A stretch of 63,715 bases of DNA, the filler included, from Octopus bimaculoides (lineage: Eukaryota): assembly GCF_001194135.2 (NCBI RefSeq). It is 6 parts of 5 records of this genome, joined end to end, with 100 filler letters (N's around TTAATTAATTAA, not from the genome) between each part and the next. Parts side by side here need not be neighbours in the genome. Positions count along the whole stretch, not along the records: positions 11,169 to 26,347 come from NC_068996.1; positions 26,448 to 52,482 come from NC_069002.1; 4 more parts are not named here. One strand, written 5' to 3'. The notes beneath the pieces were generated by a model. It saw nothing but the letters and a program-made list of their open reading frames with translations, was not told the DNA's origin and did not search any database. Each line of letters starts with the position of its first letter. Position 1 is the first letter of the stretch. Both the position numbers and the translations under genes were made by a program. Below are positions 25,568 to 38,730 of this stretch, in pieces.

Positions 25568-25760
25568 TGGTTTCAAATTTTGGCACAACGCCAGCAGTCT
25601 CAGGGAAGCGGGTAATACGGCTGATACTTATTCTATCGACTTTGAAATGATGAAAGGCCAGGTTGACTTCGGCGGAATTTGAGCTTAGAACGTAAGTACA
25701 GACGAAATGCCACTAAACGTTTTGTCTGGAGTGCTAACGATTCTGCCAGCTGACCGCCTT
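25568..25760 (-). mobile_element. SINE family B, second copy in tandem
   Basis: Same motifs as 25348-25556, with an internal deletion. Confidence 0.85.
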
Positions 25761-25844
25761 ATTATTATTGTTATTAATAATAACATATTATTAGAGAGTA
25801 TTGTACTTCGCTTGAAGCATTGTGTATTGTTTGTAAAAAATAAA

Positions 25845-26081
25845 AATGCACTATAGAACAAAAAATGGACTATATACCTGTTGTAACTTGGGTATCTATA
25901 GTCCGATGATATTTCGGGATTAGAATTCCTTCTTCAGATCTTATTTGCTGGAGTCTATAGTTTATAGCAGAGACTCCAGCAAAGAAGATCTGAAGAAGGA
26001 ATTGTAATTCCGAAATATCATCGGACTATAGTTACCAAGTTACAACAGGTATATAGTCCATTTTTTGTTCTATAGTGCATT
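25845..26081. repeat. Long palindrome (~111-bp arms, 14-nt loop) with a hammerhead-like core in each arm; probably an inverted Penelope-type terminal repeat
   Basis: Arms 25845-25956 and 25971-26081 differ at about 5 positions. The right arm contains CTGAAGA-A-GGAATT-GT-AATTCC-GAAA-TATC. Confidence 0.85.
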
Positions 26082-26117
26082 GTTATACCATTCTAAACTT
26101 TTTATTCTTTACAAACA

Positions 26118-26347
26118 TATTATTATTATTATTGTTCAGTAGTTTTATTTTTAAAACGTGCTTTCACTTCACTACCGAGCGCAGCTCTGTGCGCCTTGGG
26201 TATGTGCTGTGGTTTGCTGTGGTGCTTTTATGTTTACTGTATTGAAAGTGTTTTGCGTAGAATGTGTGCAGTACCCAGTAGTGCAATTTTCTGTATGTTA
26301 CATATATTTGTAAGTCCTGGTATTTTTGTTATGTATTTGTCTGAGTA
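26118..26347 (-). mobile_element. 3' end of an R4/Dong-like retrotransposon with (AAT)n tail
   Basis: Minus strand reads KYITKIPGLTNICNIQKIALLGTAHILRKTLSIQ* (stop 26234-26236), the R4-clade C-terminal QKxALLGTAxILRKxL, then a ~100-nt UTR and (AAT)5. Confidence 0.85.
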
Positions 26348-26524
26348 NNNNNNNNNNNNNNNNNNNNNNNNNNNNNNNNNNNNNNNNNNNNTTAATTAAT
26401 TAANNNNNNNNNNNNNNNNNNNNNNNNNNNNNNNNNNNNNNNNNNNNTATACATACATACATACATACATACATACATGGATGGATGGATGAATGGATAG
26501 ATAGATAATAAATAGATAGATATA

Positions 26525-26586
<62 letters not shown>

Positions 26587-27329
26587 TGTATGTATACATA
26601 TATATGAGCGTGTGTGTGTGCGTGTATGTATGCATATGTGTGAACTCCTAAATAGTTGAGCGTTTCTTGAAGCTGTTAATCCACAAGTTCATTTTGTGAC
26701 AACCTACAGAGGAACCCAAAAGCGAAGTGCATTAAATAGTAATTTTTTACACTTCCGGGGCAAGTTGATATCGCTTAGTCTTCTAAGTTAATATCGCTCA
26801 GCTTTATGTTTGTTATTTGTCTTTAACTTTTGTCTCCGTTCATTCATAATACGGGCCTTTCTAATGAACAGCACCATCACTGTGTCGGTTTCAAACCTTT
26901 TTTGGCACGTCGTTTTGCTTAATTCCAGTGTGTCTTGCAAACGGTGTCACCCTTGATATTGCTTGCACCCTGTGAGTCAGGGAAAACACTATTCATTATC
27001 ACGATGTTCTTATATAGAAAATGTGTGTGTGTGTATATATATAACGTATAGTTCCATGATGGTAAGATCAACATATGAAGTACTGCATCTGGTTAAAGAC
27101 AAATACTATTTACTAGAGATAATACATGTTTTTAAGTGCTACTAATAGTTCCTTGTGCTTAGAACATGTCAAATAGTTAATAATAACGTGTGTAACATCT
27201 CTGTACAGTCATCAGGCACAAAACGCATAACATAACGAACTAAAAATTGAATGAGAGAAGAAACGCGATAAGTCGAGAAGGAAGGATATGCGAAACGTGG
27301 AAGGTTAGAAAACGGAAAATGAAAAAGTA

Positions 27330-27730
27330 GATTTGCTTTTATTCCTATGTCGGAAGGAAGCTGTGATTGGCAAATTCTCCTTCATGTAGTCCAATATTGG
27401 TGTTTTTATCGGTGGTATTATCATCTACAATTGCAGTAACTTCTGCCTCATATGTGACAGGTTTAATCATACATTGCTGGTCAACTGGATTAAGACTCTT
27501 GGTGTTCACCTTGTGCAATGACACTTTTCATATTGGAGCAGCAGCTAAGTGATAATTCCACAGAACGCCTGTTAAATATTTTCCTGTATCTGTGAGTTGC
27601 TGGGAAATGTTTGTCTAGGAAAGACAGGAATGTTTTACCTATGTTAGTTTTTACATTAAGGGAAAGGGGTGGGGGCCAACCAAATAATTTTCCTAAGTCT
27701 ATTTTTAGGTTTATTATTAACATTCTGATT
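27330..27730 (-). mobile_element. Decayed Penelope-like element (second type), linker plus GIY-YIG remnant
   Basis: RLRKIIWLAP..NVKTNIGKTFLSFLDKHFPATHRYRKIFNRRSVELSLSCCSNMKSVI / PVDQQCMIKPVTYEAEV..NIGLHEGEF / SFRHRNK. Confidence 0.85.
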
Positions 27731-27776
27731 AATATTGGAGGGGTTATCTATTACTTTACTATTGAAGTCACTAGGC

Positions 27777-27777
<1 letters not shown>

Positions 27778-27841
<64 letters not shown>

Positions 27842-27862
27842 GTTATTATTATTATTGTTATT
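27778..27862. repeat. (ATT)n microsatellite (similar tracts at 28765-28921, 31791-31911, 39867-40022)
   Basis: Direct inspection. Confidence 0.95.
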
Positions 27863-27952
27863 AAAGGGATTATATATTAATTTATCTTTGAAACCACTAT
27901 TGCCTGGAGCATTGTTATGGTAGAGGACAGCTTTCTCGAAAATATCTAGACT

Positions 27953-28020
27953 AAAGGCGGTGCTCCAGCATGGCCGCAGTCGAAATGACTGAAGCAAGTA
28001 AAAGAATAAAAAAATAAAAG
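27953..28020 (+). mobile_element. SINE family A, 3' terminal fragment
   Basis: AAAGGCGGTGCTCCAGCATGGCCGCAGTCGAAATGACTGAAGCAAGTAAAAGA. Confidence 0.85.
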
Positions 28021-28267
28021 AATATATACACACAAACACATACACTCTCACGCATTGCGTACACACATGCACAGGCACACATCCTCTCCCGCACTGATTC
28101 GTATAAGCAGGCCAATATGTCCCTTGTTTCCCATCACTGAATGAAGGTCACTGCAGCCATCAATGTCGTCCTGTTTTCCTTCTTCACTCATTTAATTTTC
28201 TTTCCCTCCCCCTTTACCTTTCTCTTTTCCCATTTCCTTTTCCTTCTCTTCCTCTTCTGCCTCATCA

Positions 28268-28299
<32 letters not shown>

Positions 28300-28472
28300 A
28301 CACTACCACCAACTTCGTCTGAGGCATCACATTAATACGATTGTAATCTTGTTAATTTTCTCACCAGAATCTTCTACCATTCCTTAGAATTACCATTTTT
28401 CACAGAGTCAAAGATCTTTTAGATGTGGAAATTTCGAAAACATTTGGAAACAATTTTCAGAAATATATCTAT

Positions 28473-28538
<66 letters not shown>

Positions 28539-28761
28539 TTTTGTATTTATGTATACGTACGTGTTTGTATGTGTATGTATATTTGTGTGTGTGCGGATAT
28601 TTATGTGTGTTTGTACATTTATGTATCTGCGTAAGTGTTTTGTTCGTGAGTCCTTGTACTTGTATGTGCTTGCATGTGTGTGTGTATGTGTGTGCGCGCG
28701 CGCGCGGACTGAGATCTTGTCTTGAAAATCATTTATATTTCGGTGTATTTTTTTTGTTTCT

Positions 28762-28823
<62 letters not shown>

Positions 28824-28830
28824 CATTATC

Positions 28831-28886
<56 letters not shown>

Positions 28887-29146
28887 TGTTATTATTATTG
28901 TTATTATTATTATTATTATTAATCCAGTTGTTTTATAAATATTGTTGTGTCTTTTGTAGCCATTTTCTGAAAAAACCTCGTTTAGGTTTATAATAAATTT
29001 CTTGAATTTCAAATGCGAGAAGAATGTTACTTTCACAACATATTCAAACAACCATACACACAATTATATTTTGTATACATATACATGTATGTATACACAC
29101 ACACATACACACACATACATATATATACACATACATATATATACAC

Positions 29147-29256
<110 letters not shown>

Positions 29257-29569
29257 TACATATACATATACATATGCATATATATATATTTATACATATG
29301 TGTAGGTATATATACATATATGCGTATATGCGTGCGTTTAGGCGTGTGTATATTTACGTGTGCGTATGTTGATATATGTACTTTCATCTTTGTTGTAGTG
29401 CCTGTGCGTGTCTTATTGTGTTTGCGTCTTGTGAAATCGAGAATTGTTGGCATATGTCGGCCAAATTTTAATTGTGAGAAAATAATTCTTGGGAAATCTA
29501 CATTTTGTGAATTTTTGTACTGTTTTCTTAAATTACGGAACGAAAATGAAATCCACCATCAACTCTTGA

Positions 29570-30060
29570 TATTGATATTATTGTTGTATTTATTTTATTT
29601 TACTTCTCAGAGCTCTCCATTTTACTTGCTTCGGTTAATTCTGAGAACGGACAGCAACACGCTGTCAAAGGTTACACCGGGTCACTCAGGGTCTCTTTCC
29701 ACGAATCTTAAGACTTCGTACTCAGGTGTTAAATATCGTGGCAGATACTCAACACAAAAATACCATTCTAAAGAAGCTCGCTGAACCCATTGGAGCAATT
29801 TGGTGGGGGCATGCTCTACTCTCATGTCAATTCTAATTTCTCCGACATATTTCTCGAACTGGGTTGTTCGTGCTCCGAGTGCTCCTACAACTATTGGGAT
29901 GACAAGTTACTCTTTCCGCTACCCACATTCTTTCAATTTCATCTTTCAGTAACATATTTTTCCAGCTCTTTGTTAACTATGCGTGCATCCCCAGGTATGG
30001 CAATATCTGTAATCCTAGTTTCGAATATATGTTTCCTAGGGTTAAACAGCGGTAACACCG
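29570..30060 (-). mobile_element. R4/Dong-like retrotransposon, REL endonuclease C-terminus and 3' UTR
   Basis: With frameshifts: [75 protein letters not shown], matching IIDxAxPxD..KExEK..Y..L..EI.RMW..VIPIVxGALG. Confidence 0.8.
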
Positions 30061-30138
30061 TCCCTTCCAGGATAGCCACATTTTGTTGGCAAATAACCTT
30101 TACTTTATAAATATGTGTGTGTGTGTGTGTATGTGCAC

Positions 30139-30216
<78 letters not shown>

Positions 30217-30239
30217 ATATATAGATATAGATATATATG

Positions 30240-30320
30240 CTTTCCTAAGGTCCTACAGAGTGAGATTGAACCTGGAACCATATGACTGGGAAGGTAACTT
30301 ACTACCACCCAGCAATGCTA
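30240..30320 (-). mobile_element. SINE family A head fragment
   Basis: CCTAAGGT..GATTGAACCTGGAACCATATGACTGG..CTTACTACCAC. Confidence 0.55.
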
Positions 30321-31019
30321 GCATCGGGCAATCAAAAAACTGAAATTGGGGAGGAAAATAATCAAAAGTTAGATTGAGATATTTTGTAAGTCATGTGCAA
30401 AATAAAATTAGATCAAACCAGAAGTGTCATTATACAACAACTACTACTACTATTACTACTACAACTGCATCTCAACTCGCGCGCCACCTGGGAGGTCCTT
30501 TTTTGGGGTCGCTCGACCTGCAAAAATTGTCAGCTAAAATTTCCACAAAGAAGAAAGTTCAAATCCTTAAGCGAGATTTTTACTCAAAATACAAAACTTC
30601 ATTACAAACTGCCACAAGTATTTTTTCTTTCCGCTTCTCGCCTCTCCAATGCTCTCCAGATTGTGCCAATCGACTACAAACCATTCTAACGTAAACCATA
30701 TTACATCTAAAACGGAATATTGAATTACTCTAAAATTCCATTATTGTAAACACTCAAATAGTTTTTCGCTTCATTTTTCTTCTAAGCAATTTTTCTTTCG
30801 TTCTTCTATGTCCTTCAATTGTTTGTAAAGAAAAAAATATCATGTTTATCCGGAATTCATTAAACAAAACACACACTTGTATGTATGTATGTATGTATGT
30901 ATGTATGTATGTATTACGCATGCGCGCACGAGTGTGTGTGTGTGTGTGTGTTCATCTCCACAACTATGGAAATGCAGATATTGAGTAGTTTCTTAAAAGT
31001 ACATGCGCTCACATAGGCG

Positions 31020-31109
<90 letters not shown>

Positions 31110-31788
31110 TATATGTATGTATATATACACACAGGCACGTACGTATGATACACATATATATGCATATATGTATATGTATAAATACCTATATATATGTATA
31201 TATATGTATGTATATATATATATATATATACACATATAAACATACATGTGCGTGTGCATGTATATATATATATATATAGATAGATATAGATATAGATATA
31301 CACATATATATGTATCTATACATATATATATGTATGTGTGTTTATGCGAGTGTGTGTGTCCGTGTGTGTGGATGGATGTATTGAGAGAGCGAACGGGAGG
31401 AGGGTAAGAAAAAGCGAGATGGTAAAATACTGAGATTTGACAACGAGAATCTACCTTTACGGTCCCCGTTTCGTCCACACAAAACAGAGTCTGTTACGTA
31501 ATTCACACCTGTTAATTCCAGATTAAACGTTAATTTTTGCGCATCTGTGTATGCGTGTGTTTTTTTTTATTAGTATGTGTATGTCTGTTTGTGTGTGGGG
31601 GAGGGGCGCTGCGTGTGTGTGTGTGTTTTCAAGGAGGACTACAGGTTGGCTTACTTCAAAGTTATTTACAGTTGTGCGAATTGTAGTTTTTGCTCTTTTT
31701 CCCCTCCAAAAAAACCTTCATTAAAAATTCATATTTTTTTTTTAGTACAAAAGAAAATACGAAAGCAAGATAACACCCACACAACACC

Positions 31789-31860
<72 letters not shown>

Positions 31861-31875
31861 GTAATAGTAATAATG

Positions 31876-31912
<37 letters not shown>

Positions 31913-33180
31913 GGCATTTCAAGTACATTTATTCCCAGACTTGTATAGTTCCCTTTACNNNNNNNNNNNNNNNNNNNNNNNNNNNNNNNNNNNNNNNNNN
32001 NNNNNNNNNNNNNNNNNNNNNNNNNNNNNNNNNNNNNNNNNNNNNNNNNNNNNNNNNNNNNNNNNNNNNNNNNNNNNNNNNNNNNNNNNNNNNNNNNNNN
32101 NNNNNNNNNNNNNNNNNNNNNNNNNNNNNNNNNNNNNNNNNNNNNNNNNNNNNNNNNNNNNNNNNNNNNNNNNNNNNNNNNNNNNNNNNNNNNNNNNNNN
32201 NNNNNNNNNNNNNNNNNNNNNNNNNNNNNNNNNNNNNNNNNNNNNNNNNNNNNNNNNNNNNNNNNNNNNNNNNNNNNNNNNNNNNNNNNNNNNNNNNNNN
32301 NNNNNNNNNNNNNNNNNNNNNNNNNNNNNNNNNNNNNNNNNNNNNNNNNNNNNNNNNNNNNNNNNNNNNNNNNNNNNNNNNNNNNNNNNNNNNNNNNNNN
32401 NNNNNNNNNNNNNNNNNNNNNNNNNNNNNNNNNNNNNNNNNNNNNNNNNNNNNNNNNNNNNNNNNNNNNNNNNNNNNNNNNNNNNNNNNNNNNNNNNNNN
32501 NNNNNNNNNNNNNNNNNNNNNNNNNNNNNNNNNNNNNNNNNNNNNNNNNNNNNNNNNNNNNNNNNNNNNNNNNNNNNNNNNNNNNNNNNNNNNNNNNNNN
32601 NNNNNNNNNNNNNNNNNNNNNNNNNNATATATATATATATATACATATGTATGTATGTATGTATGTATGTATCTCTATGTGTACGTATAAGTTTGTGTGC
32701 GTGTGTATGTGCGTATCTAAGAACATAATAAGTCACTGAATATGTAATGTATGTTTAAGCATGTACGTATATTTGTACAATAAGTGTGTTTGTATGTCTC
32801 TCTGTAGATGTATAGGCATGTATATATAAGATTATATAGGCATATTAGTAAAGAAAATCTAAGTTTTTGTGCATGTATGTGTTACTGAACGTATATTTGC
32901 ACGCGTATGCATATGCATGTGTTTATTTACATTCATGCATTCATGTATAAGTCTATATGTGTTTGCATGTGTGTATATATATATATATACATATTATTTA
33001 TACGTACGCCTATATTTATATGTAATTCTATGTGTCCATTGATGTATGTCTATGTATGACCCTGTGTAGGTGTACGCGAAAGGAAAGCGTAAAAAATACG
33101 TCTTATAACAGAAATTTGTTTTTAAACTTTTGCAGGTGCTCTTCGTTCAAGATACTTCTTCTATATATTCATACAAACAT

Positions 33181-33212
<32 letters not shown>

Positions 33213-33399
33213 GTATATATATACATACATATACATATATATATGTCCATGTATATATTTACGTATAACACATTCATGTACATAGAATTATATTCAGACA
33301 CACAGACACATAAACACAAACACATGCACAGGCCCACACACATATCTGTGCACATATATTGACATATACCCACAAACATACATTCGTATACACCTACAT

Positions 33400-33437
<38 letters not shown>

Positions 33438-34292
33438 GCAAACACACACATACACATACATGCATGCATGCATACATACATAAGCCGTTGGTCGATGTCT
33501 TGGTCGGCTGATGCAGTGGGTGGGCTGTGGGACGGTTGTTTTGTTATTGGGTCCGTCTGTCTGTTCGCTTGATTCGTTTATATATGGTAATAATGGAATG
33601 TGTTCAGACGTGAGATGATTCTCAGAGTTATCAGCAATCTTTTGGCAGAAAGTGAGGAACGGTAAAACATCTTCAGACACTTTATAGATCCAAAGAAAAC
33701 GAACGCATTTGTATACGTATATATATGTATGTAGATATATGCATGTATATNNNNNNNNNNNNNNNNNNNNNNNNNNNNNNNNNNNNNNNNNNNNNNNNNN
33801 NNNNNNNNNNNNNNNNNNNNNNNNNNNNNNNNNNNNNNNNNNNNNNNNNNNNNNNNNNNNNNNNNNNNNNNNNNNNNNNNNNNNNNNNNNNNNNNNNNNN
33901 NNNNNNNNNNNNNNNNNNNNNNNNNNNNNNNNNNNNNNNNNNNNNNNNNNNNNNNNNNNNNNNNNNNNNNNNNNNNNNNNNNNNNNNNNNNNNNNNNNNN
34001 NNNNNNNNNNNNNNNNNNNNNNNNNNNNNNNNNNNNNNNNNNNNNNNNNNNNNNNNNNNNNNNNNNNNNNNNNNNNNNNNNNNNNNNNNNNNNNNNNNNN
34101 NNNNNNNNNNNNNNNNNNNNNNNNNNNNNNNNNNNNNNNNNNNNNNNNNNNNNNNNNNNNNNNNNNNNNNNNNNNNNNNNNNNNNNNNNNNNNNNNNNNN
34201 NNNNNNNNNNNNNNNNNNNNNNNNNNNNNNNNNNNNNNNNNNNNNNNNNNNNNNNNNNNNNNNNNNNNNNNNNNNNNNNNNNNNNNNNNNNN

Positions 34293-34335
<43 letters not shown>

Positions 34336-34554
34336 GCATCATATAACCTTGAATGCCATATTCATAAGCTAAATAACCGGAAGCCGAATACGGCATGCAT
34401 AGACTCTATAAATATCGTCTGGAAAAGCTGAGGTCCAAGGAGGAAGGAAGACATTAATGCTGGTGGTGGGTAGCGATCTCATGACTGTCGGGAGGATTCT
34501 GATATTTGTATAATATAGATAAATACATATATTTGTGTGTGTGTGTATGTTTGT

Positions 34555-34800
34555 GAAAGCGCATGACTCACTGGTTAGAACGTCGAGCTTACGTTCATGT
34601 GGTAGTGTCTTCGATTCTCGGACTGGGCTGTTGTGTTGTGTTCTTAAGCAAGACACTTTATTTCACGTTGCTCCAGTTCACTCAGCTGTAGAAATGAGTT
34701 GCAACGTCACTGGTGCCAAGCTGTATCAGCCTTTGCCTTTCGCTGGGATAACATTGGTGGCATGGGGAGAGACGGCTTGGTATGCACGGCCGACTGACTG
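34555..34800 (+). mobile_element. tRNA-derived SINE family C with a CORE-like central domain
   Basis: Head TGACTCACTGGTTAG..TTCGATTCTC, then TGTGTTCTTAAGCAAGACACTTTATTTCACGTTGCTCCAGTTCACTCAGCTGTAGAAATGAG, which resembles the MIR core TGTGACCTTGGGCAAGTCACTTAACCTC..CAGTTTCCTCATCTGTAAAATGG. Confidence 0.8.
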
Positions 34801-35176
34801 AGGACATTAACAAACGGCGTCTAAAATCAGATAACGAGACGTTAATAGTTTCTCTAAATGCAGTTAAATTTCCTTCCTTTTCCATTTTATTCCTTACTCT
34901 AAATCTTGAGTGTTTTCATTTTTGGTCTTCCTAACATACTAACAACACCACACACACTCACAAACACGCGCACGCACGAGCCTACATACACAAACGTATA
35001 ACATATAGTTAGATATATGCCGCTATGTATATGCACACGTGTGTGCATGTATATACACACACATATAAATCTCTCTCTCTATATATATATGTGTATATAT
35101 ATATATATATNNNNNNNNNNNNNNNNNNNNNNNNNNNNNNNNNNNNNNNNNNNNNNNNNNNNNNNNNNNNNATATG

Positions 35177-35208
<32 letters not shown>

Positions 35209-35395
35209 TGTATGTTATGAACATGCATTTTCATAGAGCTTGCCTTATTCGTATTAGCAAATGTTGTGATAATGATGGGTAGCAATTTTACAAACATAAT
35301 TGGTCAATATTGACCACAGATTATAAGTATTAAGTGACGTTAGTTATTGGTGTCTCCCTCTATTTCTTCGCCCTTCTCCCTCTCACTACCCCCCC

Positions 35396-35442
<47 letters not shown>

Positions 35443-37218
35443 AGAATACAGATTTAGTATACAGTGTATGTATACTTGGGAACTTTCTTGTGTAGTAAGC
35501 GCGTGCAGTAATTTTCATATATGCACATGACGTGGACTTGTAGCGCACATATTTCAGGTGTGTGCGTGTGTGTGTAAATATATATCCACACACATACACA
35601 CACACATACACACATTCAAACAAACACACACACACACACATATAGACACAAATATAGGCATGTATATTCACACTCTCGTGTGCACATACATACGCACATG
35701 CAATATATATATATATATGTGTGTGTGTTTGTGTGTGCATATATGTGTGTGTATATGTATATGTGTATATATATGTGTGTGTGTGTATATATATACATAT
35801 ATAGATCCTATAAGTATATATGCTATACACTTATATATATATGTATTTTCATACATGTATAAGTACAAGTACCTAATTACGTATGCATGCCTGTGTTTAT
35901 GTATATGCATGTGTTAATATATGTATGTGTATATATATATACATATATATACACGTAATTTGTTTGTGTATATACGTATGTATGTATATATNNNNNNNNN
36001 NTATAAACATATATATACACGTAACTTGTTTATGTGTATATACGTATGTATGTATGTATGTATGTATGCATCCCTATACGTATAGGACGCAAGACGGAGA
36101 GAGAGAGAGTAGAGTGGGTAGGGCAGAAGAAAGACAGGACATGTGTGTTTGCTCGAACCTTCAAATCCACTGGGTGATGTCTGGAGTTCACCATGCAAAC
36201 ATGATTGGAATGAGATGACGGAGACGAAGAGAAAAATTAATAAATAAATCAATAAATTAATTTGCAAAGAAATAAATAAACAGTAATCTCATTTGCTCAT
36301 TATTTAACTGGAGCCTTCGACATGCTAGAAAACGCGGCCAAGATTTCCCTCAAATCACTCTTTATCGTCTGGAATAAAGAATGGTAAACTGAAAAATATA
36401 GACTCTGAGAGAAAGTTAGAATGGAATGGTCTCGGTTTGAATCGTTTTGATCGTAGATTTTGCTAATTAGGAATGTTCTTGGGCTAAACTGCGATTCTAA
36501 TTGATTCTTCTTTTTTTTTTGCATTAAACGAACCCTTTTTCTTTGTGAAACAATGGAGATGCTTTGTGCCATGCAGAAAATGCAGGAGCTACTCAGAGGT
36601 TTACAAGTTGTTCTTCTGAATCCAGTGTTACAGACAAAATGTTTGTACTCAGTGAACAGACAAAATATTTGTCTTGGAACTGTATCTAATCACATACTAG
36701 GTCCATAAAAAGTGTCCCCTCTGTTCCCTCCTCTATATTTTGGCTCTTCGTCCTTTACAGCGGAAGCTAAAGCGTTTTTATGTGTTGACTATGTTCGTTA
36801 GTTGGGTTTTCATTACCTATTCTTTATCTACTGAGTTCCATATTCGATTCCGGAATCGTTTCTTTGTCTTTGAAACAATATCTTTTTTCCGGCATCTAAT
36901 CCGATGGGGTCTAAACGTAATGCTTTAATTCGCTGTTGGTTTTCCAAAATTCTTTATAAGAAATTTATTGTGGTTTCATTACTTAAAAAAGAGAATGGAT
37001 GTCAATAGAGGTAAAAACGTACTCCACACATATCCATTTATGTTTTTTCTCATTAATTTGCGGGATTAGTGAATCTATTTTTCAATTCTTTATTTAGATT
37101 CTCATCATTTTAGCCACATACCTGCAGATTCCTTTCTGATGGTATTCACGTTTGCACGCTACGGTGTTGGTTTGATAAATCTTGATGCATGCGTGACTCC
37201 CCTCTATCTCTGTTTTTG

Positions 37219-37343
<125 letters not shown>

Positions 37344-37737
37344 TCATCTAGTCTTTCTCTATAATTCCCTCTTTCGATATCTCTCGACATCTCATTGTGC
37401 GACAACAACGTTAAATGTTGCACGTACTCATACAAACATACAAATGAACGCACACATATATACACATACATGTAAGCACGCACGGATAGATAGATCTAGA
37501 TATACATACATAATATATACATATATCATATATATATATATATATATATATATGCACCTACATGCTAGAAAGTGGAGTTAAAACCCTCAACTTAACTGTA
37601 TAGCTATCTAACGCTATTTAAAGCCTGCAGCCACCTATATTGCTGTTATCTTCAGTTTATATTTACAGCAAATAGTAATAACAATAATAATATCTTTATA
37701 AATATTTGCTTTTGAATATTTACTCCTTATTATACAC

Positions 37738-38071
37738 TTTACTCTTTTACTTGTTTCAGTCATTTGACTGTGGCCATGCTGGAGCACAGCTTTTAGTCGA
37801 GCAAATCGATCCCTGAGATTATTATTTGTAAGCCTAGTACTTATTTTATCGGTCTTTTATGCCGAACCGCTAGGTTACGGGGACGTAAACACATCAGCAT
37901 CGGTTGTCAACCGATGTTGGGAGGGACAAACAAAGGCACACCAACATATACACACACATACATGTACATATATATACATATACGACGGGCTTCTTCCAGT
38001 TTCCATCTACCAAATCCACTCACAAAGATTTGGTTGGCCCACGGCTATAGTAGAAGACACTTGCCAAGGTG
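37738..38071 (-). mobile_element. SINE family A lacking its head (ends just before a gap)
   Basis: Colinear with 5213-5545. Confidence 0.9.
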
Positions 38072-38491
38072 GTGGTGNNNNNNNNNNNNNNNNNNNNNNN
38101 NNNNNNNNNNNNNNNNNNNNNNNNNNNNNNNNNNNNNNNNNNNNNNNNNNNNNNNNNNNNNNNNNNNNNNNNNNNNNNNNNNNNNNNNNNNNNNNNNNNN
38201 NNNNNNNNNNNNNNNNNNNNNNNNNNNNNNNNNNNNNNNNNNNNNNNNNNNNNNNNNNNNNNNNNNNNNNNNNNNNNNNNNNNNNNNNNNNNNNNNNNNN
38301 NNNNNNNNNNNNNNNNNNNNNNNNNNNNNNNNNNCGGCGGAGGCGGCGGAGGCTGCGGCGGAGGCGGCGGAGGCGGCGGAGGCTGCGGCGGCGGTGGTTC
38401 AGCAGTGATTAGTGGTGCTGGTTGTTTTGCGTCCATTGTTATAGTGATAAAGCTGCTGCTGCTGTTGTTACCCCTCTTTTAATTCGTTTAC

Positions 38492-38730
38492 CTTCCACTC
38501 TCCCTCAGCTCGCCAACTCTCCATAGCTGCAGCCGAAATCCCCATCGTGGTGCCTCACACAAACCGCTGTCCCCGTCGCAGCCTCGACACCAGCTGAACC
38601 AGAACCAGAAAACGAAGAGGCCGTCTATGTGCTCACCAGGCCTGCTGAAAATAGTAACCAAATCTGCTTGAAATGACGCACCACTGTCTGTCTTAGAAAA
38701 GGTCACATTGGATGATGCCATCTTGGGTTG
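38492..38730 (-). other. Candidate host exon (strand uncertain)
   Basis: GC-rich non-repetitive island. Minus strand has TTTCTTTCCGTTTCTGCAG| and GAAG|GTAAAC with one open frame over 239 nt. No protein family recognised. Confidence 0.2.

Noticed and set aside
27195-27220. CTGATGA-CTG-ta-CAG on the minus strand downstream of the second PLE fragment
   Set aside because: No GAAA follows, and the intervening sequence is not PLE-like. The partial motifs at ~4585 and ~13869 are rejected for the same reason.
33480-33690. Non-repetitive minus-strand ORF segment SEDVLPFLTFCQKIADN..
   Set aside because: No convincing donor site and no recognisable domain.
35940-36060. Near-duplicate ~45-bp segments flanking a 10-N gap
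   Set aside because: Likely two haplotypes placed in tandem.
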